64,000 nt of DNA from contig OX597819.1 in the NCBI GenBank assembly GCA_951406725.2, positions 99,572,001-99,636,000 of the forward strand, in the 5' to 3' direction. The first letter of the stretch is position 1. Every line of letters begins with the position of its first letter. This DNA is from Octopus vulgaris. Its lineage: Eukaryota. Position numbers and translations under genes: made by a program. Shown piece by piece: positions 1 to 13,356 of the stretch. The notes below the pieces were generated by a model. That model was not told the origin of the DNA. It saw nothing but the letters and a program-made list of their open reading frames with translations, and searched no databases.

Positions 1-553
1 AGAATGTGTGTCTGTATGTCTGTGTGTTTCCCTAAAACTTGAGAACTACACAACCAATTTCATTCAAATTTTACACATGCCTTACTTAGGGTCCATGTAG
101 TTTCATGGGCAAAAAAATGTTCAATTTCTTGCCTAGGGCGAGCCCATAGCAATATCTTATCTTCTCCACTATTTCAGTATTACGTGTTAAAATTGAAACA
201 AAATCATTTCTCTATTTTATGTCAGATACTTTCACTTTAACAATAAAAATTAGAGATAATAATAACAATTGAATTATATGTAGTAAGTAATAATTAAAAT
301 CAAACTAAAGTATAATATAATCATAACATAACAAAAGTAAAAATAGCAAATGGTATAAAATTGCATCAATGACTTGAACTTGAATAAGTGGTTTCACATG
401 AATGGGAATAAATTAAAAATAAAATTAATGTGCTGAAATGGAATAGTCCATTAAATTAAAGAAAAGACTATTGTCTATAAAGTATACAATGTACAGAAAA
501 AAAGATTTGAACACCTGAAGGAAAGCACCATCGAAAAGTGTCTTGGTGCGACT

Positions 554-830
554 ATGAAAGATATCAAGTATCTAACCAGAGGCGGTAAATTCGCCACAAT
601 AGAAGCAAGGTTCGAGTCAACGGAGCGTGCAAGGGAGTACTCGACTCGAACCTTGCAAAGTGGAAATATTTTCTTTTTACCTTTATATCTGGGACGTGGG
701 ACCTACCGGATAAAAATTCAAAATGTCCCCCCAGAAGTAGAGGTAGGCTGGATTGTAGCCACACTTCTATACAAGAGGGAGAACAAGATACAATTGATCG
801 AAATTTCAAGAGACGGGCTTACAATTCCAG
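554..830 (+). mobile_element. Fragment of L1/Tx1-like retrotransposon ORF1
   Basis: ORF 554..847 (GGKFATIEARFES..LPLYLGRGTYRIKIQNVPPEV..WIVATLL) resembles the decayed ORF1 at ~61860-62500 that precedes an APE endonuclease; truncated on both sides. Confidence 0.5.
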
Positions 831-955
831 CCTGTTATATATTTTGAGTATTGTTATCACTAGCGATATCAAGATATAACTTTGTATTTTGTACTTTATG
901 TGTAGATGTATATATATATATAGATGTACACATATATATACACATATATACATGC

Positions 956-994
956 ACTAGCACTATGACCCGGCAACGCCGGGTCATAATGCTA

Positions 995-996
<2 letters not shown>
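956..996. repeat. 41-bp palindrome ending in CTAG (Helitron-3'-end-like)
   Basis: actagca-c-tatgacccggc-aac-gccgggtcata-a-tgctagt, embedded in (TA)n. Confidence 0.5.
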
Positions 997-1030
<34 letters not shown>

Positions 1031-1549
1031 AAGGAAATACTTTATTCTCAAACGCAGAGCAATGCTAACATAATAGCCATGAGACTTGAACCGTGAGCTC
1101 GATCCTCATGGATGGCCACTGACAGATTTTTCTGAAAAATATGGATAGTTTATCCTGTTCATGCTATTATTGTAGCACTCTTCTGCCTTTGGGAATAAAG
1201 TATTTCCTTATCTGCAGCTTTCAATATATATCAACGCTTGTAAAGCAAACTTTGTTGATTTTCAACGCAAGTTGAATTTGACGTACGATAGCGTCATATA
1301 TATATACGAGCAAAACGCCTCCCGTCCAATGGACGGTGCTGAGTTGTCAAACATTTAAACCAAATTTTCTCAAAACAACTTGTCCGACCGCCCCATAGGC
1401 CTCCTCTTTGAGAAACACTGATTTAACCTAAATTTGAGCCACCAACAAAAGAATAAATAAAGATAGACTTTTTTCTATTCAAAAGAAAAACGATTTTATT
1501 CACACAAGTATGCAACCGAAGAGTTTAAAGTACCAGTTTCTATTCAAAA

Positions 1550-1608
<59 letters not shown>

Positions 1609-1657
1609 ATATATATATGTATAATAATATATGTATATATATATGTATATATGCATA

Positions 1658-1724
<67 letters not shown>

Positions 1725-2373
1725 GTATATATATATATACATACATAGAAAGAGATCAAAGAGGAAAAGGATCCCATCTACTTTAAACGGAGTCTGGATA
1801 GATTCTTTCAAAGAATACCAGATAAGGCACCCATAATTGGATACAACTCACCCAACAAGAACTCACTACTTGAATGGACCATAAACAAAACTTGACTTAA
1901 ACAGGATTCGAATAATCCTATCAGGTGGTGCTACTAAGTTAGACATGGCCTGGACTAATCTTTGGTCGAAACATATCTAAGTTTATCTAAGTTTATATAT
2001 ATATATATATATACATTTGATCCACATTAAGTAAAGGACACCACCAACGCATGAAAAATACATAAACGCACAAGAGATACGTACATGACAAAATACCCCA
2101 AAAATACACTTCAAGTACAGAACATTACCAACGAGTGAAAAGTACACAAAGATAACTACGAGAGAAAATACCAAAGGATGTCTAACTCCTGCTCAGTTGT
2201 CGACTGTTTATTACAACTTGTTATATGCTTTCAACGACAAGACAGGAAAGCTTCTTAAGACAGTAGCATCCAGAAATTAAAAATGTATATAAAATTTGTA
2301 GAGAGTTAGAGCCTCGAACGAAGAAACGACACCAGAGTAGATATGCAGAGTAAATAATCGATGAATACAAACA

Positions 2374-2791
2374 GGCGCAGGAGTGGCTGTGTGGTAAGTA
2401 ATTTGTTTACCAACCACATGGTTCCGGGTTCAGTCCCATTGCGTAGCACCTTTGGCAAGTGTCTTCTACCATAGCCTCGGGCCGACCAAAGCCTTGTGAG
2501 TGGATTTGGTAGACGGAAACTGAGAGAAGCCCGTCGTATATATGTATATATATGTATATGCGTGTGTGTGTTTGTGTGTCTGTGTTTGTCTGCCTAGCAT
2601 CGCTTGACAACCTATACGGGTGTGTTTATATCCCCGTTACTTAGCGGTTCGGCACAAGAGACCGATAGAATAAGTACTGGGCTTACAAAAGAATAAGTCC
2701 CGGGGTCAAGTTGCTCGATTAAAGGCGGTGCTCCAGTTTGGCCGCAGTCAAATGGCTGAAACAAGTAAAAGAGTAAAAGAGAGTAAAGAGT
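2374..2791 (+). mobile_element. tRNA-derived SINE, family A (full length)
   Basis: A-box-like TGGCTGTGTGG, B-box-like GGTTCAGTCC, GCACCTTTGGCAAGTG core, internal (TA)/(TG) tract, GAGTAAAA tail; many copies in this window. Confidence 0.9.
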
Positions 2792-3782
2792 ATTAAGGGC
2801 CGTTAAACCAAGACGAATTGTAATGGGTAACGCCTGGGAGAATTTTGAAACGATACAGAATAAATAGAAGAGAAGAACACAGCTGTTGATGCTGCTGATA
2901 GTGTTGATGCGTATGGTGCTGAAGCCGGGGCAGTTGGTGGTGATGCTGCCACTGGAGTCGTTGCGTGCGTCAGTAGCGTTACTGCTCCCGCGTGTGTCGC
3001 CGGTGATGCACCTGTTAATGTTACTTATGATGTCGATGTTGTTGCTATTGTTGCTACTGTCGTTGCTGTTGCTGTTGTTGTTGTTGCTCTTGCTGTCGTC
3101 GACGATACTTCTGCTGCTGCTGCTGCTGTTGTTGCTGGAGCTGTCGTCGGTGATGTTGTTGCTGGAGTCGGGGCCGTTGGTGCTGGTGTTGGTGAAGGTG
3201 AGGTGGTGGCGGTGCTGTGGCGTTGGTTATGTTATTACCGGTTATGGAGGTGGCTCTGTAGTTGCTAACACTGAAGCCAAAGGTGTTGCTATCTTCCCCG
3301 GTGATGATACTGCCATTACCGTTGGTAAAGGATACCATTATTCGCGTCTATTCCGGTACCTCCGCTAGTGTCATTGTGCTGCTGCTGTTGGTGTCGAAAC
3401 TGGGTCTGTTTCTGGTACTATAATCAGGGGTGCGAGGACTCTCAGTGGGTGCGTTATCATGTCTGCTATTGGGGAATCTGTTGGTAAGGCAGGTGTTGGA
3501 GGCGACGTCACTGTGGTTTATGCTAGTGATGGTGCCATCGGAGTAGTAGTCGGCACTGTTTTTGATGCTGTAGTTGTTGTCAAAGCAGCGGCTTGTCTCT
3601 GCGGTGGTGGTTGTGACTTATATTGTCAGAATCTGTTTCTGATTTTGGTAGAATACACTTGTTTATTTATAATACTACTTTAACGAAAAACAGCGTGAAA
3701 TTATTTGCCAACTTTGCAGATAGTAGCTTTTGTAAAACTTCTTTTCTACTGAGTTCTACCAACTAAAGATTTCGTTACCTTC

Positions 3783-4470
3783 GTGCGCTCAGGTGAGCGG
3801 ATCCGTTTCACGAAGAAGAACAAGAAACTTCCTGTGAGAGTTGAAAAGTGGAACGGCTATTGGGAGGTGACTGCAGATTTACCTGGGTGCCAAGGATTCT
3901 TTCCCATCCCAGTTACGAAAAGAACAGACATTTTGATGTGGTGTGAAAGAAGGAGAGTTCTAAATGTAGTCGAGTTTACGGTTCCTCATGAAGATAACAT
4001 GGACGCCTCTCGGACTCGAAAGATTGACCGTTATATGAACCTTCTCAAGGAATGTGAAGACGCAGGCTGGAAAGCGGAGCATTTTCCAATCGAAGTTGGA
4101 TGTAGAGGGTTTGTTAGACACAGTCTGAGACGACTGTTGTTACCGTCAGGTCTAACTCATCGTAAAGTCAATACCACCATGACCGATATCCAAACTAAAG
4201 TGGAGAAGACTAGCCACTGGATTTGTTTAAAAAGAGACTATGAGCGATGGCTAGAAGAATATTAAGCTTTATTTGATAACCAGTTGATCTAGCAAGCGGG
4301 GCCTCATATCAGTAAGAGGGAGCGCGATGTGCATTGATGCCGTTGAGTGGTAGGTCCCGAAACGGCGCGCATTTTCTGCTGGCTTCCGGTATACGGAGTT
4401 CTTGACTGGTAGCACTTGTATGTGCAAGTTGCTTACAAGGCAGAAATCCTCAAGTAGTTGTGTGTTATAT
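3783..4470 (+). mobile_element. 3' end of RLE-type non-LTR retrotransposon (Hero-like)
   Basis: ORF 3783..4265 has restriction-like endonuclease motifs (RTDILMW..VVEFTVPHE..RK..RY..FPIEVGCRGF), followed by a putative 3'UTR; 5'-truncated. Confidence 0.75.
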
Positions 4471-5141
4471 TTATATTTTCATCATGATCAGGGATTTGGA
4501 TATATAAAATATTTCTGATATCTTATGTATGTCACCGATCTGAAGACCCCATCCTTATTCATAAACTGATTGCGTTGGTAATTATTCTAAGTTTCATGAT
4601 GGTAATTGAATATCACTTTAATGCTTAGAATCACAATCTCTGTTTGTGATTCCAGCAACTTCCACATAATAAACCAATAAAACACAGCATCTATCTTAAA
4701 GATCACAAAATGTTTAAGTTCTTACTAACACTTGAAAACTTTTGGTCACCGGCGTACTGTTTCCTCTTTCTACCTATTTTATTGCTATTAGGACACTGTT
4801 TCACTAATGTTCACTCTTCTCTGTAAGCACAAAACTCTCAAATGTTTTCCTGAATATACTTTTTCTGGAAACGAAATGATACGGTTAAAACGGGTAAAAT
4901 CACTGGTTTGTGCAATCATTGTAGACCTGCTAAGAAATAGCAGACACACCATAGACAACAGAATCATCGTCATAACCCTCCCCCTCCTCCCCTTCTCTCC
5001 TCTTCCTCCCCCTCCTCATCATCATCATCGTCACCAACAACAACGACAAGTTTTCAAGATAAGTGTTGAAATAGAATAATGGAAACCCTTGATGTATGTT
5101 TTATCAATATACCTATTGATAATGGTATGCTTCTTTTTCAG

Positions 5142-5305
5142 CATTGTCGCTACAGATGGCAAAAATGCTTCCTCTGCCGAATTCATGATGACTATTGTAC
5201 TGTGCAGTGGATGTTCTAATCACGGAAACTGCAGAGAAGATAACCCTGTAATCAGAACAGAAAACTTTGTTCTGCAATCATGTGACTGCGAAGATGAATA
5301 TGCGG
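5142..5305 (+). CDS. Multi-EGF/mucin-like gene exon A (IVATDGKNASSAEFMMTIVLCSGCSNHGNC..CDCEDEYA)
   Basis: ttctttttcAG acceptor, G|GTGAG donor, phase 2-1; Cys pattern joins in frame to exon B; resembles the region preceding the EGF repeats of invertebrate mucin-like proteins. Confidence 0.85.
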
Positions 5306-5674
5306 GTGAGAATTATAAACTCTTTGAATAAATTCATATGAAGATTTTATTTATAATACCGTAATGTATATTGTGATAAAACGGCAGCTGACAAAAAAAA
5401 ATATGTGCCTAGCGAAACACAATCTATATGAGAAATTAGACATATGAAATGTAGTGGCAATTTAAAGCAGCAAAGATGTTGGTGGTATGTAGTACGTGAA
5501 CCTCTGATGCATATTGTTCATGTTTGAACGGAATACTGCAATCTTCTCTTAGATTAGTAGCTTTCTGTGGCAAGAAACTGTTGCAGTGTACGCTGCAGGC
5601 GCCTATTCTGATGCAGTATGTAATAACCTGAGTAAATGGTTCAACTTCAATATATTATATATGCATTTTTTGCC

Positions 5675-5676
<2 letters not shown>

Positions 5677-5741
<65 letters not shown>

Positions 5742-5775
5742 ATTATTATTATTATTTTTATTATTTTTATTTTTA

Positions 5776-5812
<37 letters not shown>

Positions 5813-5826
5813 GATCATCATTATTA

Positions 5827-5861
<35 letters not shown>

Positions 5862-6131
5862 GTTATTTTATGTTTGACTTCTGCTTTACATTTGTACAAG
5901 TTGTCTCCAAGTCTCACCCAGAGACCTCAAGAGACAACAAGTTAGAAGTTCCTGTTGGAGTTATGCCTAGGGCACCATATAATTGGTTCTGTATTTAGTG
6001 TTGTTCTAGAGAATGTTTCAGAAACCATAAGAAAATTATGTTTGTTTTAAAAGTTGAGATTACATGTTTGACAATGTAGTCCTGTGTATCGTTAAAGAGA
6101 GAGAATAATCACGGACGAAATCCCTTATTAA

Positions 6132-6201
<70 letters not shown>

Positions 6202-6230
6202 GATTATTATATGATTATTATTATTATTAA

Positions 6231-6292
<62 letters not shown>

Positions 6293-6557
6293 TATGTTTG
6301 ACTTTTGCTTTATGTCTGTACAAGTTGGCTCCAAGTCTCACCCAGAGACCTAAGAGACAACAGGTTGGAAGTTTGGAAGTTGCTGTTATTCCTAGTGTGC
6401 CATATATTTGTTTTGTTTTTTTTTTGGTATTGTACTAGTGAATGTCTAATACATAAATTAAAAACAAAAAGTTTGTTTTAAACCTTGGGATTACATAGAG
6501 AGTATTTTGCGTAGGATATGAGCAGATTATTACTATTATTATTATTATTATTATTAT
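5677..6557 (-). mobile_element. Two 3'-end fragments of an (AAT)n-tailed LINE nested in (ATT)n microsatellite
   Basis: Related segments at ~5866-6125 and ~6290-6530 (tatgtttgactt..gtacaagtt..ctccaagtctcacccagagacc), each abutting (ATT)n; R4/Dong-like assignment is inference. Confidence 0.55.
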
Positions 6558-7018
6558 TGAGTGAGCGAGCAGAGCATGCCATCAAAGTGACACTGGGGTA
6601 AAATATACGAAGCCCAGTATACCCATCATGACTACCCGTCTGATAAGGGTACACCAGGCACATGCATCACAACCATATGTGCGCGACATGGTGATCTCAT
6701 ATCAAGATAAACAGCACCTGACCTTGCAGGTAGAGCCCAGTTAGAATTTTCTTCAGATCGAGTAACCCACCCGCTCAAAAGATCCCTGAATAAGGGTTGT
6801 TTAAGGACGTTGAACGAAACACCCATGTTTCCAGAGGTGAATTATTCAAACCCCAAAGAATCCTTCTCAACACATGGCTATGATGCTCCCCCACTACTTC
6901 TGCTCGTGATCAGAGATGCACATATCGTCAGCCACTAAGGGACATGCTCAACTGGTTAAGGTCAAACAACTGACAAGCAAATCTGTGGTATTGAGCAGAA
7001 TATTTGCTGTAGCCCATC

Positions 7019-7117
<99 letters not shown>

Positions 7118-7360
7118 CATTGAATGAGAGTGCAGTGCATGCATCAAAGTGACACTGGGGTAAAATATACGTAGCCCAGCATAACTATCATGTCTGCCCA
7201 TCTCATAATGGTACATCAGGCACTTACATCACAACCATATGTGCACGACATGGTGATCTGATATTACGATAAAGAGCGCATGACCTTTCAAGTGGGACCC
7301 AGTTAGAATTTCTTCAGGTTGAGCAGCTCATCTCACTCAAAAGGTCTCTGAATTAGGTTT
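6558..7360 (-). mobile_element. Unclassified interspersed repeat, two copies (6558-7020 and partial 7120-7360) separated by (ATT)n
   Basis: Near-identical text catcaaagtgacactggggtaaaatatacg..catcacaaccatatgtgc..catggtgatc in both copies. Confidence 0.65.
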
Positions 7361-8224
7361 TATGACTTACACTTTCATAAAAACAATGCTATTTTGTGTG
7401 AATTCATTGTAGTTAGACTTGCTGTTGCTGCGTTGCTTTAGATTGTCTTTGATCGTGTAGGCATATCATCAAAGGGATTCGTCCATGATTTTCCCCTCTC
7501 TTTAAGGATACACAGGACTACATTTTCAAAAACGTAGTTTTCCTTTTAATATGCTTTGGAATAATTTGATGGGTATTTGGCTGCTGCTTTTAGCAGGTTA
7601 AGTAACCAAATAAATCAAGTTTCACTGCAGTATAATTATATGTACGTGTGCACGTGGTTACTACTCTGCATCCAGAAAAGAGCTACCAGACTGATTGACA
7701 TAAAGACGCTCCAAATTCTGGCCCCCAAACACGCTCCAAATTCTAGCCCACAGATACTCCATTGTCTTTTCTTTCTATTCTTACAAAAGTTACTGAAATA
7801 GTTCCTACTTTTTGAAGATAGCTGGGTTTATGCCTTGTTCCCTTAGATATTCCTATCTAGCGTTTCACTTATTTTATCATCACTTTTGTTGTTTTCACAA
7901 TCCAGCACATGCACTGATCATTACTCCCAGCTCTTCCCAACCTTTTAAAATGTCTTTTTCAAAGTTTCCAGAGGAGCAATAAATGATATCAATTTCAAAG
8001 ATTTTAGGAGGCCTGCAAAGACCAAGAGCAGAAAAAGTGAAAAATTGTTGATAAAATAACTATTATTCTCTGAACATAAGGAACATGGCTCATCACCTGT
8101 TGTTGAATACCTCTCATGAACGAAAGATCAAGAAACTCCTTATTGATCCCCACTAATGCATTATTACATAAATAATATTATAGTTGAATAGTATTATTTT
8201 CATGAAGCATGCCTGATACACACA

Positions 8225-8285
<61 letters not shown>

Positions 8286-8705
8286 ATCTATGTATATTAA
8301 TGTTTTAAATGTTTTTTAAGCACAAAACAAGTTATGAAAAATTTAAATGAAAGTCGATGGTTAGTATTCATATCTGGCATTTCAATATTTAAGAGGTGAC
8401 AGCGATCAATATCTTTGCTATCTAGATTTTTCTGAAGAGTTCCCAACTTTGGAATAGTTTAAATACCAGATAATAGAACTAAATACCGACCTAAATTATT
8501 AATGCTTTATAACTTGAATTGTTGTAGTTTAAAAATATGATAATATTATACATTATTTCATTATGAACACTATATCAAAGTATGATTACATCTTTGCTTG
8601 AATAAATGAATTTCAGTAAAGCATTGGATAGAAAACCAGTCCGAAATTATTATAAATTCTCTAAACATTGTCGTTCTAATAATAATGTTACGTTTTAATC
8701 AACAG

Positions 8706-8870
8706 GTGATAACTGTGAAAAAGACTTTGATGGATGTAGCGGTGATCCTTGCCCTGGAGTAGGAAAATGTGAAGACTTAAAACCAGAAGAACACAAAGCC
8801 CAAAATACATCTTTCCGGTGTAATTGTCCACGGGGTTACGTTTTAAGCAACGCAACATCTCGTTGTCTAG
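8706..8870 (+). CDS. Exon B, EGF-like (GDNCEKDFDGCSGDPCPGVGKCEDL..CNCPRGY..RCL)
   Basis: aacAG acceptor, G|GTAAC donor, 165 bp, phase 1-1, open frame; not in the ORF track. Confidence 0.9.
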
Positions 8871-9981
8871 GTAACACTTGTCTACTCACAGTATTCTAAT
8901 CCTAACACCAAACAAAATTCTATTCACTTCATCTCAATACGTTTTTTATTTATTGTAAAAAAAATTTCTTTCTGATTCAAAGAACAGTACCTACAAGTGC
9001 TTAAACAGTAATTAAAAAACTAAGCATAAACTGCAATTAATAATCAATAAACAACCTTTATGATTACTGACAAATTTGTTGTATTAACTCAGTTACAATA
9101 CCTATACATTTATAATGCAGTAAAGTAGAAATATTGATACAGTAGGAAAATTATTTTTAGCATTTCTGTTTTTTTCTTGCTCTTACATTTACAAGTTTGA
9201 ATAGAATTAAGCTCAAATATTATTTTCAACATTATGGAGATATGCTGGGTCGAAATTGTCATATAATCATATAGAAACACTATATAATAATATACAGAGT
9301 TTGTATATTTTTATACGGTGACTCTAATAACGCTATCGAATATAACAAGCTGAGATGGGATTGTGCGGTTAAAAAATTAACCACATGTATGTACTTCCAA
9401 TCCAATCTAGCTATACTGTATTGAGGGAAGTATCCTTTACAACAGCCTCGAATCAGCCAAATCTGAGTGAGTATTCATAAGAAAACATTGTGAAAACAAA
9501 GTTTTCTGTTTTCGTGTAATGATATTCATTCATTGCTACGGACCTTTTCTCCGCATCAAAAGCCTTTAACTATGCCTCCGGCTTGACAATAGCTCCTTTC
9601 TCCTTGATTTAACACTATTTTCGGAGGTTACGAAAGAGTTATAAATAATGCTTTTCCCACTTGACAGATTTAAAATATAAAAACATGATAAAGATTCACT
9701 GACCCATGTAACTTTTACAGTTTGGTACAAGTATTTCAGCTAGATCTCCAAGCAAAGGGTAGTTTCTTATTTTCCTCCGGACATCATGGATAGATAATGA
9801 GTGTAGATATTGTCATATTTGTTGGTTTGATTACGTCCCCGTGATTTAGCGGTTCGGTAAAAGATACTGATAGAATAAGTACGAGGCTTACAAAGAGTTA
9901 AGTTCTGGGATCGAATTGTACGACTAAAGGTGGTGCATCAGCAAAGAAAAAGAGAAAATACGTTAAACGTTAAAAGTAAAA

Positions 9982-10036
<55 letters not shown>

Positions 10037-10048
10037 TATATACATACT

Positions 10049-10133
<85 letters not shown>

Positions 10134-10179
10134 GTGCGTGTATGTATGTGTATATATATGTAAAATAAAATAAATATAT

Positions 10180-10422
10180 GCGCCCTTTTAAAGCCTAGTC
10201 ACGCTCATGGGTCCGGTCTCCCGGTTTCTATGGCGTATATGTTCCCCAGCTGGATGGGACCCCAGCCCATCGCAGCGTTACTCATTTTTGCCAGCTGAGT
10301 GGACTGGAGCAACGTGAAATGAAGTGTTTTGCTCAAGAACACAACGTGTCGCCCAGTCCAGGAATCGAAACCACATTCTTACGATCATGGTGATGACACC
10401 CTAACCACTAAGCCACGCGCCA

Positions 10423-10425
<3 letters not shown>
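10180..10425 (-). mobile_element. tRNA-derived SINE, family D
   Basis: Reverse strand reads GCGTGGCTTAGTGGTTAGG (A box) ..GGTTTCGATTCC (B box) ..TTGAGCAAAACACTT..GCGATGGGCTGGGGTCCCATCCAG. Confidence 0.75.
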
Positions 10426-10487
<62 letters not shown>

Positions 10488-10517
10488 GTATGTGTGTGTA
10501 TACACATATATGTATAT

Positions 10518-10580
<63 letters not shown>

Positions 10581-10614
10581 TATATGTGTGTGCGTGTGTG
10601 TGTATATATATATA

Positions 10615-12895
10615 GATATCAAAATAAGCAACAAGGATAACCAGAGGTAATGCAGTACGATCTTTTCACGCAACTCCATTTAATTGAACAATGCAACCAT
10701 TATATCAATTTAAATGCAGAGCAATCCTCAGCTACACAAAGCTGCACAAATTTAATTAAATTAAAACTCAGTCACATTTGTATAATTTTATCTAAAATCT
10801 CCAAGAAGTTAAGGAGATAGACAAAGAACATGCTACCTTCACTTCCACTTAAAGCTACTAAGGTATCAGGAAGAAAGACTTGTTACAGATTTTGCTTGTC
10901 ACTGTTTTATGGGTCAGATTTAACTTATAGACTAGTTTGATCACATCCTTGTATATCTAAGGTTGAGAGAACAGGGGGTATTGTCTGTTAGGGGTAGCGC
11001 TGAGGGAGTCGGCAGAAATCATAGTGGGTATAGTCATAAAAATCAAGACTTGGTAAGGTAAAACTGAAATCGATATGTTAGCTGACAATTAAGAGGGTTG
11101 GCCACTAGCAGACCATTGATAATGAAACAGGAGAAATCTTATTATGTAGTTCTATAGTTAAATATTTCAAGCAATACTGCTATATCAAGTAACTTCTAAA
11201 GATCATTTCAAACAATATTGCCGTATTGTATAAAGTTAAAATTTAGGGTAGTCAAGAAGATTATTAAGAATGATATTATAACAAAAGGATAAAATTTCTA
11301 TGAATACTTTTGATTATATACCAAATTTTACCACAATAAAGGGAAAAAAAGTAAATTACATAGAAATAGTTTAATAATTATACTTAACATTTATCTAAAT
11401 ATTAACTTATCTGATGGTATCTGTGGAGATTGATCAATTGGAATTTAACTGGCATTTAATAAAGGAGCACTGAGGCTAAAGAACATGTTAACTATATAGT
11501 AATGTAATTGAATTGAATTATTTTAAGTTGTGGAGATACCGGTATTGTTTTATATAAGCTAAGTACGATTTAATAGGGGTACAAAGATTAGATTTATTAA
11601 AGACTATCATAAAATAATAAAATGATCAGGTAGGGTAGTGCACCATAGAAAAGGAATAACGATAGCCTAATCACTAAAACCGTTACAAAGTATATATACC
11701 TAATGAACTCTAATAGAGAAGATTTATATAAAATTTATAATAATTTAAGTATTGTGAACTAAAAATTGTTTATTAACTTATTTAGCTTATTACAATCAAG
11801 ACTGACAACCGGTATCGGTTAAAAGAATATTGTTATTTAAAAGAACATGCTAATTATATACTAATTTTAAATGAAGAGGTATAATATAAGTTTTAAAAGT
11901 TATTAGTTATTACTTTTGATCCATACATGATATTACAGTTTCTTAGAGGTACTTCAAGAAGAAAGTACTCCATCTGGTGAGAGATAAATTTTATTTAATT
12001 ACAGGGCATAATACATGTATTTAAGCGCTACAAGATGTGTCATATGTTGAGAAATACTCAAATATATTGTTATGATATTCTGAGTAAAATTTGCTTGAGC
12101 TATTGCCTAAGTTGTTGCCACATCTTCGCATTTTTAGTATTGACTAATGCTTATTTTTTACATAATGAATTTGTCTACCATATATACTATTGTACTTTGC
12201 ATAAAACTTTAGCTGTATTGGTACTTCTGATTATCATTTTTAAAGTATTCTAGCGTGTTAATAGTTTAACAAAATGATGGTACATTTTTTAATGATGATG
12301 CTACTCTGTAAATTAAAATAAAATAATTTTAATATTCAAATTTTATCCTTAGCTGCAATATTTTAAGTTTAAACTTTCTTGTTTTGTGCTTTACCATGTA
12401 ATAAATTGTCACGAACTTTTCCAAGTGTAATAACTTGTCCTTTAATTTTCCAGGTTTATAACTTAAGAATATTATTTCTCTTGCTCGCATTTCACCATGT
12501 AATCCATGTTTTTTTCCAGATTATGCTATTATGCTAATTAATAATTTTATTAAATGTTGTAAGTATTACAACAGTTTTAAAATGCTGAGCACTCATCAGT
12601 CAATTATAGAGGTTTTCCATTAATATAAAAATGTTCATATCAAGTGGCAATATTATAGAGAAGGTAGATATATAGACAAAGATGTGGATTTAAATTTTAA
12701 GAACATTTTAGGTAGTGGAGCCCATCAACTGACTGACTAAGATTCAGTGGTTTCAGACTACTGTAAGGTTCTGAGAGGGAAGAACAAATGCAAGGAGACA
12801 ATAAAGATTTTCTAATTATAGAAATGGGGTAAAGGGGATGTCAGAGCTCCATATAAGGAATTTATGTAGAAAACAGCATTGTCACAACTAAATGC
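10615..12895 (-). mobile_element. Decayed ~2.3-kb AT-rich insertion, probably Penelope-like
   Basis: Bounded by (TA)n on both sides; carries a hammerhead motif near its left end; no intact ORF, so the class is inferred from the ribozyme only. Confidence 0.35.
10650..10737 (-). ncRNA. Type I hammerhead ribozyme motif, long stem II, stem III mutated
   Basis: Reverse strand: gtgtag-CTGAGGA-[long imperfect hairpin]-GAAA-agatc-GTA-ctgcat; stem I gtgtag/ctgcat pairs over 6 bp. Confidence 0.55.
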
Positions 12896-13239
12896 CAAAT
12901 GTATATATATATAAATGTATATATATATATATACACGTATATTTATGATATGTATTGCGCCTTGGAATTAAATATATATATATATTCATATATATATGCA
13001 CACACACGCGCATACTAAAGGGAATCAGAAAGTATTCGCATCACTTTGACTCGCCTCGTATATGCATGTGTGTCTTTATGCTTGTTAAGTTTATGTGACT
13101 TTGAGTGTCTATCTATGTGTGAGAGCGAGCGTGACTGACTTCATTAGAATTTGAATTAACACTTAACACTATTTACCACCCATGAGTCTTTGGACGAACA
13201 TTTATATTCAATGATAGTTTTATTTTTTCATTCGGTCAG

Positions 13240-13356
13240 ATATAAATGAATGTCTAACGAATACAACCTGTGAACACAATTGTACAAATACCAAGGGCAG
13301 TTTCGAATGTTCGTGCCGGTCTGGTTATCGACTTGTTGATGATACACGATGTGAAA
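13240..13356 (+). CDS. Exon C, calcium-binding EGF ([39 protein letters not shown])
   Basis: cAG acceptor, A|GTAGGT donor, 117 bp, phase 1-1, cbEGF consensus. Confidence 0.92.

Noticed and set aside
1500-1836. [12 protein letters not shown] and similar ORFs here and throughout the track
   Set aside because: Translations of (TA)n, (TG)n, (TATG)n and (ATT)n microsatellites
2860-3620. Leu/Val-rich and Gln-rich ORFs (2886..3368, 3054..3338, 3459..3683)
   Set aside because: Decayed (GCT)/(GTT)/(GGT) trinucleotide sequence; no splice signals or domain
4792-4822. Possible 31-bp exon upstream of exon A (tAG..T|GTAAGC)
   Set aside because: Frame-compatible but too short and featureless to support without transcripts
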